A DNA stretch of 32,233 bases. It comes from Labilithrix sp. GTDB taxonomy: Bacteria > Myxococcota_A > Polyangia > Polyangiales > Polyangiaceae. The notes under the pieces were generated by a model. That model was not told the origin of the DNA. It made no database searches and worked only from the letters and a program-made list of their open reading frames with translations. The stretch lies in the NCBI GenBank assembly GCA_044227045.1, contig JBGAFW010000028.1:83667-115899 (forward strand), in the 5' to 3' direction. Of the stretch, positions 24,901 to 31,454 are shown one piece after another; position 1 is the first letter of the stretch; each line of letters starts with the position of its first letter. The position numbers were made by a program, and so were the translations under genes.

Positions 24901-25106
24901 TCCGCGATGAGCGATAGCGGCGCGCTCGCCGCTGGCGCCGAGCTCTGCGGGCCCGCGCTCGTGCCCCCGACCGGGATGACCGCGAACGCTCCGCGCGGTG
25001 ACGCGCCCGCGCTCGGAGTGGTGACGGCCGGGCTGCACGCCGCCTGGGCGATCAAAGCGGCGAACGCGATCGCCGAACGCGAGCCAAAGACGATACGTGG
25101 ACGCAC
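21951..25106 (-). CDS. Giant secreted protein, paralogue of 17660..21010: VIT - vWA - Pro-rich linker - AgmX/PglI C-terminal-like (TonB-C-like) domain - TPR region - YfaP/DUF2135-like C-terminal domain
   Basis: GTG 25106 with a GAGGTGA SD. Signal peptide MRPRIVFGSRSAIAFAALIAQAAC. VIT-like N-terminal region. vWA MIDAS (AVVFVVETSAA...). PPPPPPSPSTPSAP linker. Then EVIQRIVRQRWGALRACYEDG...VKFVVTRDGSVG...ECVVDVFRHLMFP, homologous to the kinase tail at 3321-3596. C-terminal VATWETDTSDIDVQAF...GVVHVVRHDGKGNVTI...FTIMNEGT aligns with the C-terminus of the first VIT protein. Confidence 0.85.
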   Translation of the reverse strand: MRPRIVFGSRSAIAFAALIAQAACSPAVTTPSAGASPRGAFAVIPVGGTSAGPQSSAPAASAPLSLIADDSTPIRLAELTVNIHVHGPLARTAVHATFWNTSPSTLEGRFRMTLPPRSSVSRLAMKISGEWREADAAEIGAARETYEEILHRRRDPLLVEQRREREISARVFPIDGASAKEIAIEYISEVGGADAPVWFPLRGLPAVHKLDVSVIEGATEPISIHLEDDRPTADVSFVAARSTGNEVARAGELVALRVPTFVAKEPDPLEGAVVFVVETSAAKEGTLEAAASLVGALASSSSGRTRAAVVAYDQSTERLYDGDLASLSAALPKALAARGALGVADLERGLEAARVEAKRIRATRVIFVGGGVGPTADGARLRVAMGELAKAGVERVDVLGTSALADLRLYRPLVTSAIFARDGVVIDDAPRLSAETVQARVRSRVAARVPVSVEGATWTSTAALEAASPDETRVVLARMPSSAPLRAHIGGKVHSIDASAVTAAPSPMLEHVSAVAKLDALIARGEQAATKDAWKSEIVAIARKNKLASPFTSLIVLENDSDVARMRSREASSSAAPPPPPPPSPSTPSAPARGHVTKAPAMRQATTTVSGRVPPEVIQRIVRQRWGALRACYEDGLRRRGEFSGRVSVKFVVTRDGSVGTAMDAGSDISDKKTIECVVDVFRHLMFPAPEGANITVVYPLMLAPITAEDEASPPAAHLPVSASTIWSPSPFRLSAGAAPPSPAERLFPWSMDYRRVMAFVPASLGGDASPSTTAPNAKAAIDAATELRAREGSTSAIALVALGQAYEAAGDKDRATRAYGSLADLYPERAEMLRAAAVRIARVRPGDPIAIDLLRRAASERPDQPSSHHLLCLELLRAGKPEAAFEAAANGMKRRYELRFASVSDLLATDLGLAAAAWAQAEPAKRDMIESKAIFLHARSRDRSTVQAVATWETDTSDIDVQAFDAKGERNGATTSQALDGFGPEALDLATDVKRVSALNAVVRLQRKGTGGDVLGVVHVVRHDGKGNVTIDPRPFTIMNEGTVLDLGAL

Positions 25107-25176
25107 GATTCGATCACCTCGTGCGGGTGAGAGACAGCGCTCTCCGAAGAGAGTTCCCCCAGCGGACGATCAGGCG

Positions 25177-25953
25177 CTATTTGGCGCGATTCCAGCGGTA
25201 AAGCTGGGCGGCAGGCTTCGACGTGGGCTTCGACGTCGCGGGCACGACGAGCTCGTTGTCGATGAGGCGCTTTCGAAACCCTCGAATCGGGAGCGACCGG
25301 CCGACGACGACCTCGTAGAAATGATGCAGCTCCGGAATCGTGAAGCGAGACGGGACGAGCTCGAAGGGACGCTCGCGGAGCGGATCATCGAGGTGTTGGC
25401 AGAGGCGGTGGTAGGCGCGCGCGATGATCTTCGCGTGGTCGAAGGCGAGGCGGATCGATCCGCTCTTCGTCTTCTTCTCTTGGCGCCGCATCTTTGGCGG
25501 CGGCGGGATCGACCGCGACGAAGAGATCGACTCGTCGAGCGCGAGCGATCGGAAGGAGTGCCAGTTCGCGTCGGCCGCGTCATCGCCCGCGGTGATCTTG
25601 GCCTCGGCGACGAGGAACGTCATCCATGCGACCGTGACGGTGTGGCCGCGCGGATCGCGCCCGGGATCGCCGAACGCGCCGAGCTGCTCGAGCTTCGCGC
25701 CGGTGAGGCCCGTCTCCTCGGCCAGCTCGCGCGCCGCGGCGCGCTCGAGCGACTCGTTCTCGTTCACGTAGCCGCCCGGCAGCGCCCACATCCCCTTGAA
25801 AGGATCGTCTTTTCTCTGGATGAGCAGGATCGCGAGATCATCGGCGCGAAGCGTGAAGATCACGCAATCACACGTCACGGACGGTCGCGGGTACGGATAC
25901 GTGAAGGGCACGGGCGGGAGCACGACATCCCGGACAGGACCTGCCGTCAACAA
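25177..25953 (-). CDS. NrtR-like regulator: N-terminal Nudix hydrolase domain (intact Nudix box) fused to C-terminal winged-helix DNA-binding domain
   Basis: Nudix box G-YVNEN-E-SLERAAA-RELAEETGL fits GX5EX7REUXEEXGU. The C-terminal LAFDHAKIIARAYHRLCQHLDDPLRERPFELVPSRFTIPELHHFYEVVVGRSLPIRGFRKRL matches the NrtR wHTH signature (FDHaeIL...LLPe.FTL.eLQ..YE.iLG......NFRrK). The start is uncertain: TTG 25953 or 25950, or GTG 25923. Confidence 0.65.
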   Translation of the reverse strand: MLTAGPVRDVVLPPVPFTYPYPRPSVTCDCVIFTLRADDLAILLIQRKDDPFKGMWALPGGYVNENESLERAAARELAEETGLTGAKLEQLGAFGDPGRDPRGHTVTVAWMTFLVAEAKITAGDDAADANWHSFRSLALDESISSSRSIPPPPKMRRQEKKTKSGSIRLAFDHAKIIARAYHRLCQHLDDPLRERPFELVPSRFTIPELHHFYEVVVGRSLPIRGFRKRLIDNELVVPATSKPTSKPAAQLYRWNRAK

Positions 25954-25972
25954 GCTAGACGCGTTGTCAGCA
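25942..25972. promoter_or_regulatory. 31-bp imperfect palindrome TGCCGTCAAC-aagCTAGacgc-GTTGTCAGCA centred on CTAG in the divergent NrtR-like / WYL-regulator promoter region (candidate shared operator)
   Basis: 8 of 10 arm positions pair, read directly. It lies 26-56 nt upstream of ATG 25998 and overlaps the most upstream candidate start of the NrtR-like gene. Confidence 0.4.
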
Positions 25973-25997
25973 AAACGTCATATTTGGACGACGTCTC

Positions 25998-26705
25998 ATG
26001 AAGCGCACCGAACGCCTGTTTGCCCTTGCGGAGCACCTCCGCGCGCGACGCACCGGGGTGACCGCCGAAGCCCTCGCCGAGCGCTTCGGCGTCACCGTCC
26101 GAACGATCTACCGCGACCTCGACACGCTCCGCGCCGCCGATCTGCCGCTCGCCGCCGAGCGCGGCCGTGGCGGCGGGTATGCGCTCGACAAGAGCTACAG
26201 CCTCCCGCCCGTCAACTTCACCGCGCGCGAAGCCGCGTTGCTCGTCGCGCTCGGACGATGGGCGAGCGAGATGCGCCTCCTGCCGTTCACCGACACGCTC
26301 GATCGCGCGCTCGACAAAGTGCGCGGCGCCCTCTCCGCGTCGGCGCAGCGCGAGCTCACCGGCAGGTTGAAGGAGCTCCAGTTCGCGGGCGTACCGCAGC
26401 TTCCGGTCGCGAAGGCGGTGCGCCAAGCCGTCGAGCGCGCGTGGTTCGAGCAGCAGCCGCTTCGCATCACCTACCGGAGCGGCAACTACGAGCGCACGAC
26501 GCGCGACATCCGCATCACCTCTGTGTTCATGGAGCGCACCGAGACACGCCTCAACGCGGTCGACCTGCAGAAGAACGAAGAGCGTCAGTTCCGCCTCGAC
26601 CGCGTCGAGAAGGCGGAGGTGCTCGGCGTCAGCGCGCCGTCGGGATCGCCGTCCGGCGCGTCCACGACGCCGGGGCCTACGAGCTCAACATCGACAGACG
26701 CGTAG
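25998..26705 (+). CDS. YafY-family transcriptional regulator: N-terminal DeoR-type HTH + WYL ligand-sensing domain
   Basis: MKRTERLFALAEHLRARRTGVTAEALAERFGVTVRTIYRDLDTLRAADLPLAAERGRGGGYAL is the canonical YafY/PafBC-type HTH N-terminus. The later region LRITYRSGNYERTTRDIRITSVFMERTETRLNAVDLQKNEERQFRLDRVEKAEVL is WYL-like. The low-complexity Ser/Thr/Pro C-terminal tail overlaps the convergent gene by 29 nt. Confidence 0.75.
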   Translation: MKRTERLFALAEHLRARRTGVTAEALAERFGVTVRTIYRDLDTLRAADLPLAAERGRGGGYALDKSYSLPPVNFTAREAALLVALGRWASEMRLLPFTDTLDRALDKVRGALSASAQRELTGRLKELQFAGVPQLPVAKAVRQAVERAWFEQQPLRITYRSGNYERTTRDIRITSVFMERTETRLNAVDLQKNEERQFRLDRVEKAEVLGVSAPSGSPSGASTTPGPTSSTSTDA

Positions 26706-28323
26706 CGACCGCGAAGGCGACGCCGATCGTGAGCGGCGTCATGTATCCGTTGATGCCTTGGTCACCCCAGATCTGCACGATGCAGATGGCGACACTGCCG
26801 AGCGCCGTCAGCGCCGCGCTTCGTTCGAGCGGCGTCCTCGCCACGCGATACCCACGCAGCGCGAGCGTCCCCGAGATCGGAAAGAGCATCCAGAGCATCG
26901 TGAAGCCGATGACGCCGCCGAGCGACCAGAGCCACAAGACGCCGTTGTGCGCGATGAGGCGGTAGTTCACGAACACGTCGGTGAGGTCGACGGGCGGGTT
27001 GTCCGGCGAATACTGGTACTCGAAGCCAAAGCCGGTCGTGAGCAGCGGGCTCTGCCGAAGCGTGTAGATGAGGTTCTCGTTCTCGATGTCGCGTGACTGC
27101 GCCGACAGGTCCTTCTGATCGAGCACGGACATGACGAGCTTCGCCGGCTTGAGCAGCGTCGACGGCGAGTTGATCTCGGAGCCGATCAGCACGTAGCCGA
27201 TCATCAGCGGCACGGCGAGGACGAGCGCGGCGGTGACGCGACGCTTTCGCCTGCTCGGCCTCAGCGCGAGGTAGATGATCGCCGGCGCGATCGAGAGGCT
27301 GACGAACGCGAGGCGGCGGTTGTTCAGCACGATCGCGAACATGATGAGCGCCGAGCAACCGATCGCGCGCACGATCGATCGCTTCGTGCGCTGCTCGAAG
27401 GCGTGCGTGACGACGATCAAGATCGAGACGACGAAGAGCACCGTGTCCGAGTGCGTGGTGCACCACTCCGGAAGGCCAGGCCGATCGGTGATGCCCATCG
27501 GCATGAACACGAAGAAGTAGATGTAGATGCAAAAGACGCTGCGAAGGAGCGCGGTGATGACGAAGATCGACCCGATCGCGGCGAGGTCCTCTGGGACGCG
27601 CAGCGCATACAAGAAGAGGAGCGCGATGAGCGGCAGCTGCACCATGTGCAGGATCTGCCGGACCACACCCTCGATCGTGCCGCCGTGGATGAGGCCCCAC
27701 GCGCTCAGCACGACGATGGTGCCGAGGAACGTGAAGAGGACGTTCTTGGCGAAGCGCGGCGGAGGGATGTACTCGGCCGCCTTCTTTCCCCAGACGGCGC
27801 GATACAAGAGCCCCGCGGTCACGAAGAAGAAGACGGGCAGCGAGGCGCCCGGCATGCCGCTCCACTCCTTGATCGTGCCGTAGTAAGCGACGGCGGCAGG
27901 CCAGAGGTACGTGTCCCAATAGCCCTCGCCTTGCAGCTTGAGCATCGCCTCGCTGAACGGCTCGATGAAGAGCGAGAGCACGAGGAAGATGCGGATCGAG
28001 CGCTGCATCTTGAAGCGCGCCATCGCCCAGAAGAGGAGCGGTCCCCAGACGATCACGAACGCCGTGTCGAAGCGGAACGTGTTCGACCACACGTTCGGCG
28101 CGTCGAAGGTGGGCGCGGCCGCGAAGTACGCGAAGAGCGACGCGGCGAAGACGCCGAGGATGATGCGAATCGTCGGCTTCCTGAAATCGTCCTCGAGGAT
28201 CGCGCTGTCGTCGTAGACGACCTCTTCCCCGTCACCCGCGTTCGTATAGTGGCTGAGCTGCTGCTTCACGCGCTCGTTCAGTGCGGCGCGTTGGTTCGGA
28301 GCGAGATGAGGCCTCAGATTCAT
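26677..28323 (-). CDS. Polytopic inner-membrane protein with O-antigen-ligase/Wzy_C-like domain (putative glycan ligase/polymerase)
   Basis: Preferred start is ATG 28323 (MNLRPHL...) with AGGGA 8 nt upstream. The ORF track extends it to 28380. It has ≥10 predicted TM helices. The C-terminal segment TGFGFEYQY...RLIAHNGVLWLWSLGGVIGF resembles the Wzy_C 'G.G.g...aHN.ylq.l.E.G..G' signature. Confidence 0.5.
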   Translation of the reverse strand: MNLRPHLAPNQRAALNERVKQQLSHYTNAGDGEEVVYDDSAILEDDFRKPTIRIILGVFAASLFAYFAAAPTFDAPNVWSNTFRFDTAFVIVWGPLLFWAMARFKMQRSIRIFLVLSLFIEPFSEAMLKLQGEGYWDTYLWPAAVAYYGTIKEWSGMPGASLPVFFFVTAGLLYRAVWGKKAAEYIPPPRFAKNVLFTFLGTIVVLSAWGLIHGGTIEGVVRQILHMVQLPLIALLFLYALRVPEDLAAIGSIFVITALLRSVFCIYIYFFVFMPMGITDRPGLPEWCTTHSDTVLFVVSILIVVTHAFEQRTKRSIVRAIGCSALIMFAIVLNNRRLAFVSLSIAPAIIYLALRPSRRKRRVTAALVLAVPLMIGYVLIGSEINSPSTLLKPAKLVMSVLDQKDLSAQSRDIENENLIYTLRQSPLLTTGFGFEYQYSPDNPPVDLTDVFVNYRLIAHNGVLWLWSLGGVIGFTMLWMLFPISGTLALRGYRVARTPLERSAALTALGSVAICIVQIWGDQGINGYMTPLTIGVAFAVATRLSMLSS

Positions 28324-28502
28324 CGCGGACGGGTCCCTGCTTTGGAGGCAAGGGGAGCCACCGAGAGAGGCTATCAGCACCGAGACAAAGTGTTCAGCGT
28401 CTCCTGACCCTCGCTACGAAAACCATCTAGGATAGGAGACCGCACGTCCGACATGAGGCCTTTGCCCTGAGCTCCAAAGAGTCTGCGATCAGCGGGCCGA
28501 TC

Positions 28503-30491
28503 GTGTTTGGCGAGGTCGATCGCCAGCTCTTCGGTTGGTACCACGCTCCTACGCGCCCCTCACGGGACGGCGGCGTCGTGCTGTGCAATCCGTTCGGCTA
28601 CGAGTCGATGTGCCTGCATCGCGTCTACCGGACGCTCGCCGAGCGCCTCGCCTCGATCGGCATCGCGACGCTGCGCTTCGACTACCACGGCACCGGAGAC
28701 TCCTCGGGCAGCGACCACGACGAGGATCGCCTCCGCTGCTGGCTCGAGAGCGTCTACGTCGCCATGGCCGAGCTGAAGCGACGCGCGGAGGTGTCCGAGA
28801 TCAGCCTCTTCGGGATCCGCTGGGGCGCCACGCTCGCCGCGCTCGCCGGCATCGACGCGCAGCGCATCGGCGGGATGACGAACGCGTTCGGCGCGAAGAG
28901 CATGGCGCTCTGGAGCCCGTACCTCACGGGGCGCGCGTTCCTCAAAGAGATGCGGATGATGCAGACCGCCGGCGCGGAGCAGGCGTTCGCTGCGGGGGAG
29001 GATCGCGGGGTGTCGCCGTCGGTGCGCTCGGCCAACCTCGAAGGCACGCCGCTCGAGAAGGACGAAGAGGCGATTGGCTACGTGCTCTCCGCGCAGACGG
29101 TCGAGGCGATCTCGATGATCGATCTCCGCGCGAACAAGATCGCTCCCGCGCCGCGCGTGCTCCTGCTCGGGCGCGACGATCTCCCGGAGGACGATCGCTT
29201 CGCGCGTCATATCGGCGCGGCGGGCGCGACCGTGACCGCGCTTCGCTCCGAAGGCTACGCGGCGATGATGCAAGACGCGTATCTCTCGGCCGTCCCGACG
29301 ACCGCGTTCGACCACGTCGTCGAGTTCTTCACCAACGTGCACAGGGCGGTGCGCGAACAAGACGACGACACCTCGACCGATCGCCCCACGCTCACCGACT
29401 TCTCGCGCGAAGGCCCGCACCTCATCGTCGACATCACGGCGCAGAGCGAGGCGGTCGAGGCGATCTCGCAGCGCTTTGGATTTCCGTCCGCGCCTCCGCC
29501 GCCGACAGGCGCGCGCACGCACGATGGGCGTGCGCGGCGCGTCCGCGAAGAGGTGGTGATGTTCGGCCCGACGAGCCAGCTCGTGGGCGTCCTCTCCGAG
29601 CCCACCGATCGCGAGGCGCTGAAGCACCCGAACGACGCCGTCCTCTTCCTCAACATCGGCTCGAACCACCGCGTCGGATCGAACCGCATGTACGTGAAGA
29701 TGGCGCGGGCGCTCGCGTCACGTGGCACCACCTCGCTTCGCTTCGACATCGCCGGCATCGGCGACAGCGCCGCGATCGACGGCAAGGAGAATCGCCTCTA
29801 CGCGAAGGAGGCCGTCTACGACGTGCAGGCGGCGATGAAGGAGATCACGGCGCTCCGCAACATCCATCGCTTCTATTTGATCGGGCTCTGCTCCGGCGCC
29901 TACCTCGCGTTCAAGACGGCGTTCGCCGACGAGCGCGTCGCCGGGATGGTCCTCATCAACACGCAGACCTTCCAGTGGAAGGAGGGCGACACGCTCCAGG
30001 TGTCGCTGCGAAAGAACTACCGCTCGACGCGCTTCTACACGACCGAGATGCGAAACCTCGAGACGTGGAAGCGCGTGCTACGCGGCGAGGTGAACGCGCG
30101 TGGCATCGCCGGCACGCTGAGCCAGCGCGCGTTCGAGCGCGTCATCCGCGAAGCCGAGGCGACGATCGCGCGCGTGCGGCATGGCCGGCTCGAGATCGAC
30201 GAGGTCGCCGTCGAGATGAAGGAGATCTTGAAGCGCGGCACCGAGGCGCTCCTCATCTTCGGCGCGAACGACGGCGGGCTCGACAAGATGGAGACGCATC
30301 TCGGGCCCGACGCGAAGAAGGTCGCGAAGTACCCCAACTTCCGCCTCGAGATCGTCGAGGGCAGCGATCACACGTTCACTCCCGTCTGGTCGCAAGGCTG
30401 GCTCGAGAACCTCGTCATCGCGACGATCGAGACCTGGCGCGAAGCTACGGAGCGGAAGCAGGGCGCAGGATCCAGCCACTCCCGGCCGTGA
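28503..30491 (+). CDS. Fused tandem alpha/beta-hydrolase-fold protein (two homologous ~300-aa hydrolase modules; nucleophile elbow GIRWG in module 1, GLCSG in module 2)
   Basis: GTG 28503. Module 1 (VVLCNPFGYESMCLHRVYRTLAERLASIGIATLRFDYHGTGDSSGS ... ISLFGIRWGATLAALAG) and module 2 (AVLFLNIGSNHRVGSNRMYVKMARALASRGTTSLRFDIAGIGDSAA ... FYLIGLCSGAYLAFKTA) align position by position. This is an intragenic duplication. Confidence 0.65.
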   Translation: MFGEVDRQLFGWYHAPTRPSRDGGVVLCNPFGYESMCLHRVYRTLAERLASIGIATLRFDYHGTGDSSGSDHDEDRLRCWLESVYVAMAELKRRAEVSEISLFGIRWGATLAALAGIDAQRIGGMTNAFGAKSMALWSPYLTGRAFLKEMRMMQTAGAEQAFAAGEDRGVSPSVRSANLEGTPLEKDEEAIGYVLSAQTVEAISMIDLRANKIAPAPRVLLLGRDDLPEDDRFARHIGAAGATVTALRSEGYAAMMQDAYLSAVPTTAFDHVVEFFTNVHRAVREQDDDTSTDRPTLTDFSREGPHLIVDITAQSEAVEAISQRFGFPSAPPPPTGARTHDGRARRVREEVVMFGPTSQLVGVLSEPTDREALKHPNDAVLFLNIGSNHRVGSNRMYVKMARALASRGTTSLRFDIAGIGDSAAIDGKENRLYAKEAVYDVQAAMKEITALRNIHRFYLIGLCSGAYLAFKTAFADERVAGMVLINTQTFQWKEGDTLQVSLRKNYRSTRFYTTEMRNLETWKRVLRGEVNARGIAGTLSQRAFERVIREAEATIARVRHGRLEIDEVAVEMKEILKRGTEALLIFGANDGGLDKMETHLGPDAKKVAKYPNFRLEIVEGSDHTFTPVWSQGWLENLVIATIETWREATERKQGAGSSHSRP

Positions 30492-30873
30492 AGCCGATGT
30501 GCGGGTAGTAGTCGACCGCCGCGGGCGCCGCGAAGAGGAACACCGTCGCCTGCCCGCCCTCGATCTGGGTCCTCCGCACGAGCTCGCGCCCGACGCCGTG
30601 GCGCTGCCACGAGAGCCGAACCGCCATGTCCGAGAGGTAGGTCGCGAACGAGAAGTCGCTCAGGCTGCGGGCGATGCCGACGAGCACGTTCGCCTTTGGC
30701 TCCCACGCCGTGATCACCAGGTTCGCGCCCTCGAGCATCTTCTTCATGCGCGGGCGATCGTCGACCGGCCGCCGGAGCCCGAGCGTGGAGTCCTTGTAGA
30801 GCTCGATCATGACATCGAGATCGATGTCATTGCCGACGCGATAGTCGAGCGTCTGCGGGTCCTGGGTCGTCAT
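30445..30873 (-). CDS. GNAT-family N-acetyltransferase
   Basis: ATG 30873 overlaps the upstream cupin stop (ATGA). Acetyl-CoA binding motif QRHGVGRELV (Q/R-x-x-G-x-G/A) and a beta-strand/helix pattern typical of GNAT. The 3' end overlaps convergent gene 28503..30491 by 47 nt. Confidence 0.65.
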   Translation of the reverse strand: MTTQDPQTLDYRVGNDIDLDVMIELYKDSTLGLRRPVDDRPRMKKMLEGANLVITAWEPKANVLVGIARSLSDFSFATYLSDMAVRLSWQRHGVGRELVRRTQIEGGQATVFLFAAPAAVDYYPHIGFTAGSGWILRPASAP

Positions 30874-31292
30874 GAGCCGGACCGCCCGAGGATCCGGCGC
30901 TTCAGCGCCGAAGCGACGCGGCGCGGAAACGAGCGCTTAACCGCCCGAAGAATGAACACCTTCTTCACGTATTTCGGCACCTCCCAGTCGGCGACGAGCC
31001 CGCACGGAAAGAAGACGACGGTGCCGGGCGTGAGCACGTGCGTCTTCTTCCCATCGTTCACGTGGGCTTCGCCCTCGAGGATGTGCACCACCTCGTCGAC
31101 CTCGTAGATGTACTTGAACTTGCCCGCGGTGCACTCCCACAGGCCGCTGGTCATCGTCCCGTCCAGGCTCTCCGACAGGGTGACCGCGCGCGCCTCGGGG
31201 TTTCCGTCCTTGATCCAGGTAGGGTCGATGGGCTGCGCGCTCAAGTCCTTCCGCGTATCCGCGAAGGTGGTGATGAAGAAGGGTGTGCTCAT
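30870..31292 (-). CDS. Cupin-domain protein (small conserved beta-barrel, DUF861/EutQ-like)
   Basis: Preferred start is ATG 31292 (MSTPFFITTFAD...) with AGGGA 8 nt upstream. The ORF track extends to TTG 31328. Cupin motifs GLWECTAGKFKYIYEVDEVVHILEGEAHV and TPGTVVFFPCG are present. Confidence 0.6.
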   Translation of the reverse strand: MSTPFFITTFADTRKDLSAQPIDPTWIKDGNPEARAVTLSESLDGTMTSGLWECTAGKFKYIYEVDEVVHILEGEAHVNDGKKTHVLTPGTVVFFPCGLVADWEVPKYVKKVFILRAVKRSFPRRVASALKRRILGRSGS

Positions 31293-31454
31293 GGTGTCCC
31301 TGAATGGATGACGCCCGCCATTGGACAAAGCTTACACGAAGGAAAATGAGGGCGTGCGAAGGGGAAAACGCCGTTCGTGAGCCGTGTTTGCTCGAGCCTA
31401 CGACTCGTCCGCTGGCCCTAGTACCGCTCGAACGATTCCGTTAGTCTCGCGCGC

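Noticed and set aside
28337-28478. CTTTGGAG ... CTCCAAAG inverted 8-mers 130 nt apart in the Wzy_C/hydrolase divergent region
   Set aside because: They are too far apart for a simple hairpin and an 8-mer match is expected by chance. No supporting secondary structure.
28535-30508. 657-aa + strand ORF, extremely Arg/Gly/Asp-rich, overlapping the tandem hydrolase gene in another frame
   Set aside because: Its composition (RRRRAV..., long R/G/D runs) is typical of off-frame translation of 70% GC coding DNA. The co-located frame 28503..30491 has recognisable alpha/beta-hydrolase motifs. The same applies to 22081..23736(-), 22953..24209(+), 14873..15982(+), 7107..7937(-), 9647..10708(+), 12372..12797(+), 26762..28090(-), 16494..17216(+), 18625..20004(+) and similar ORFs.
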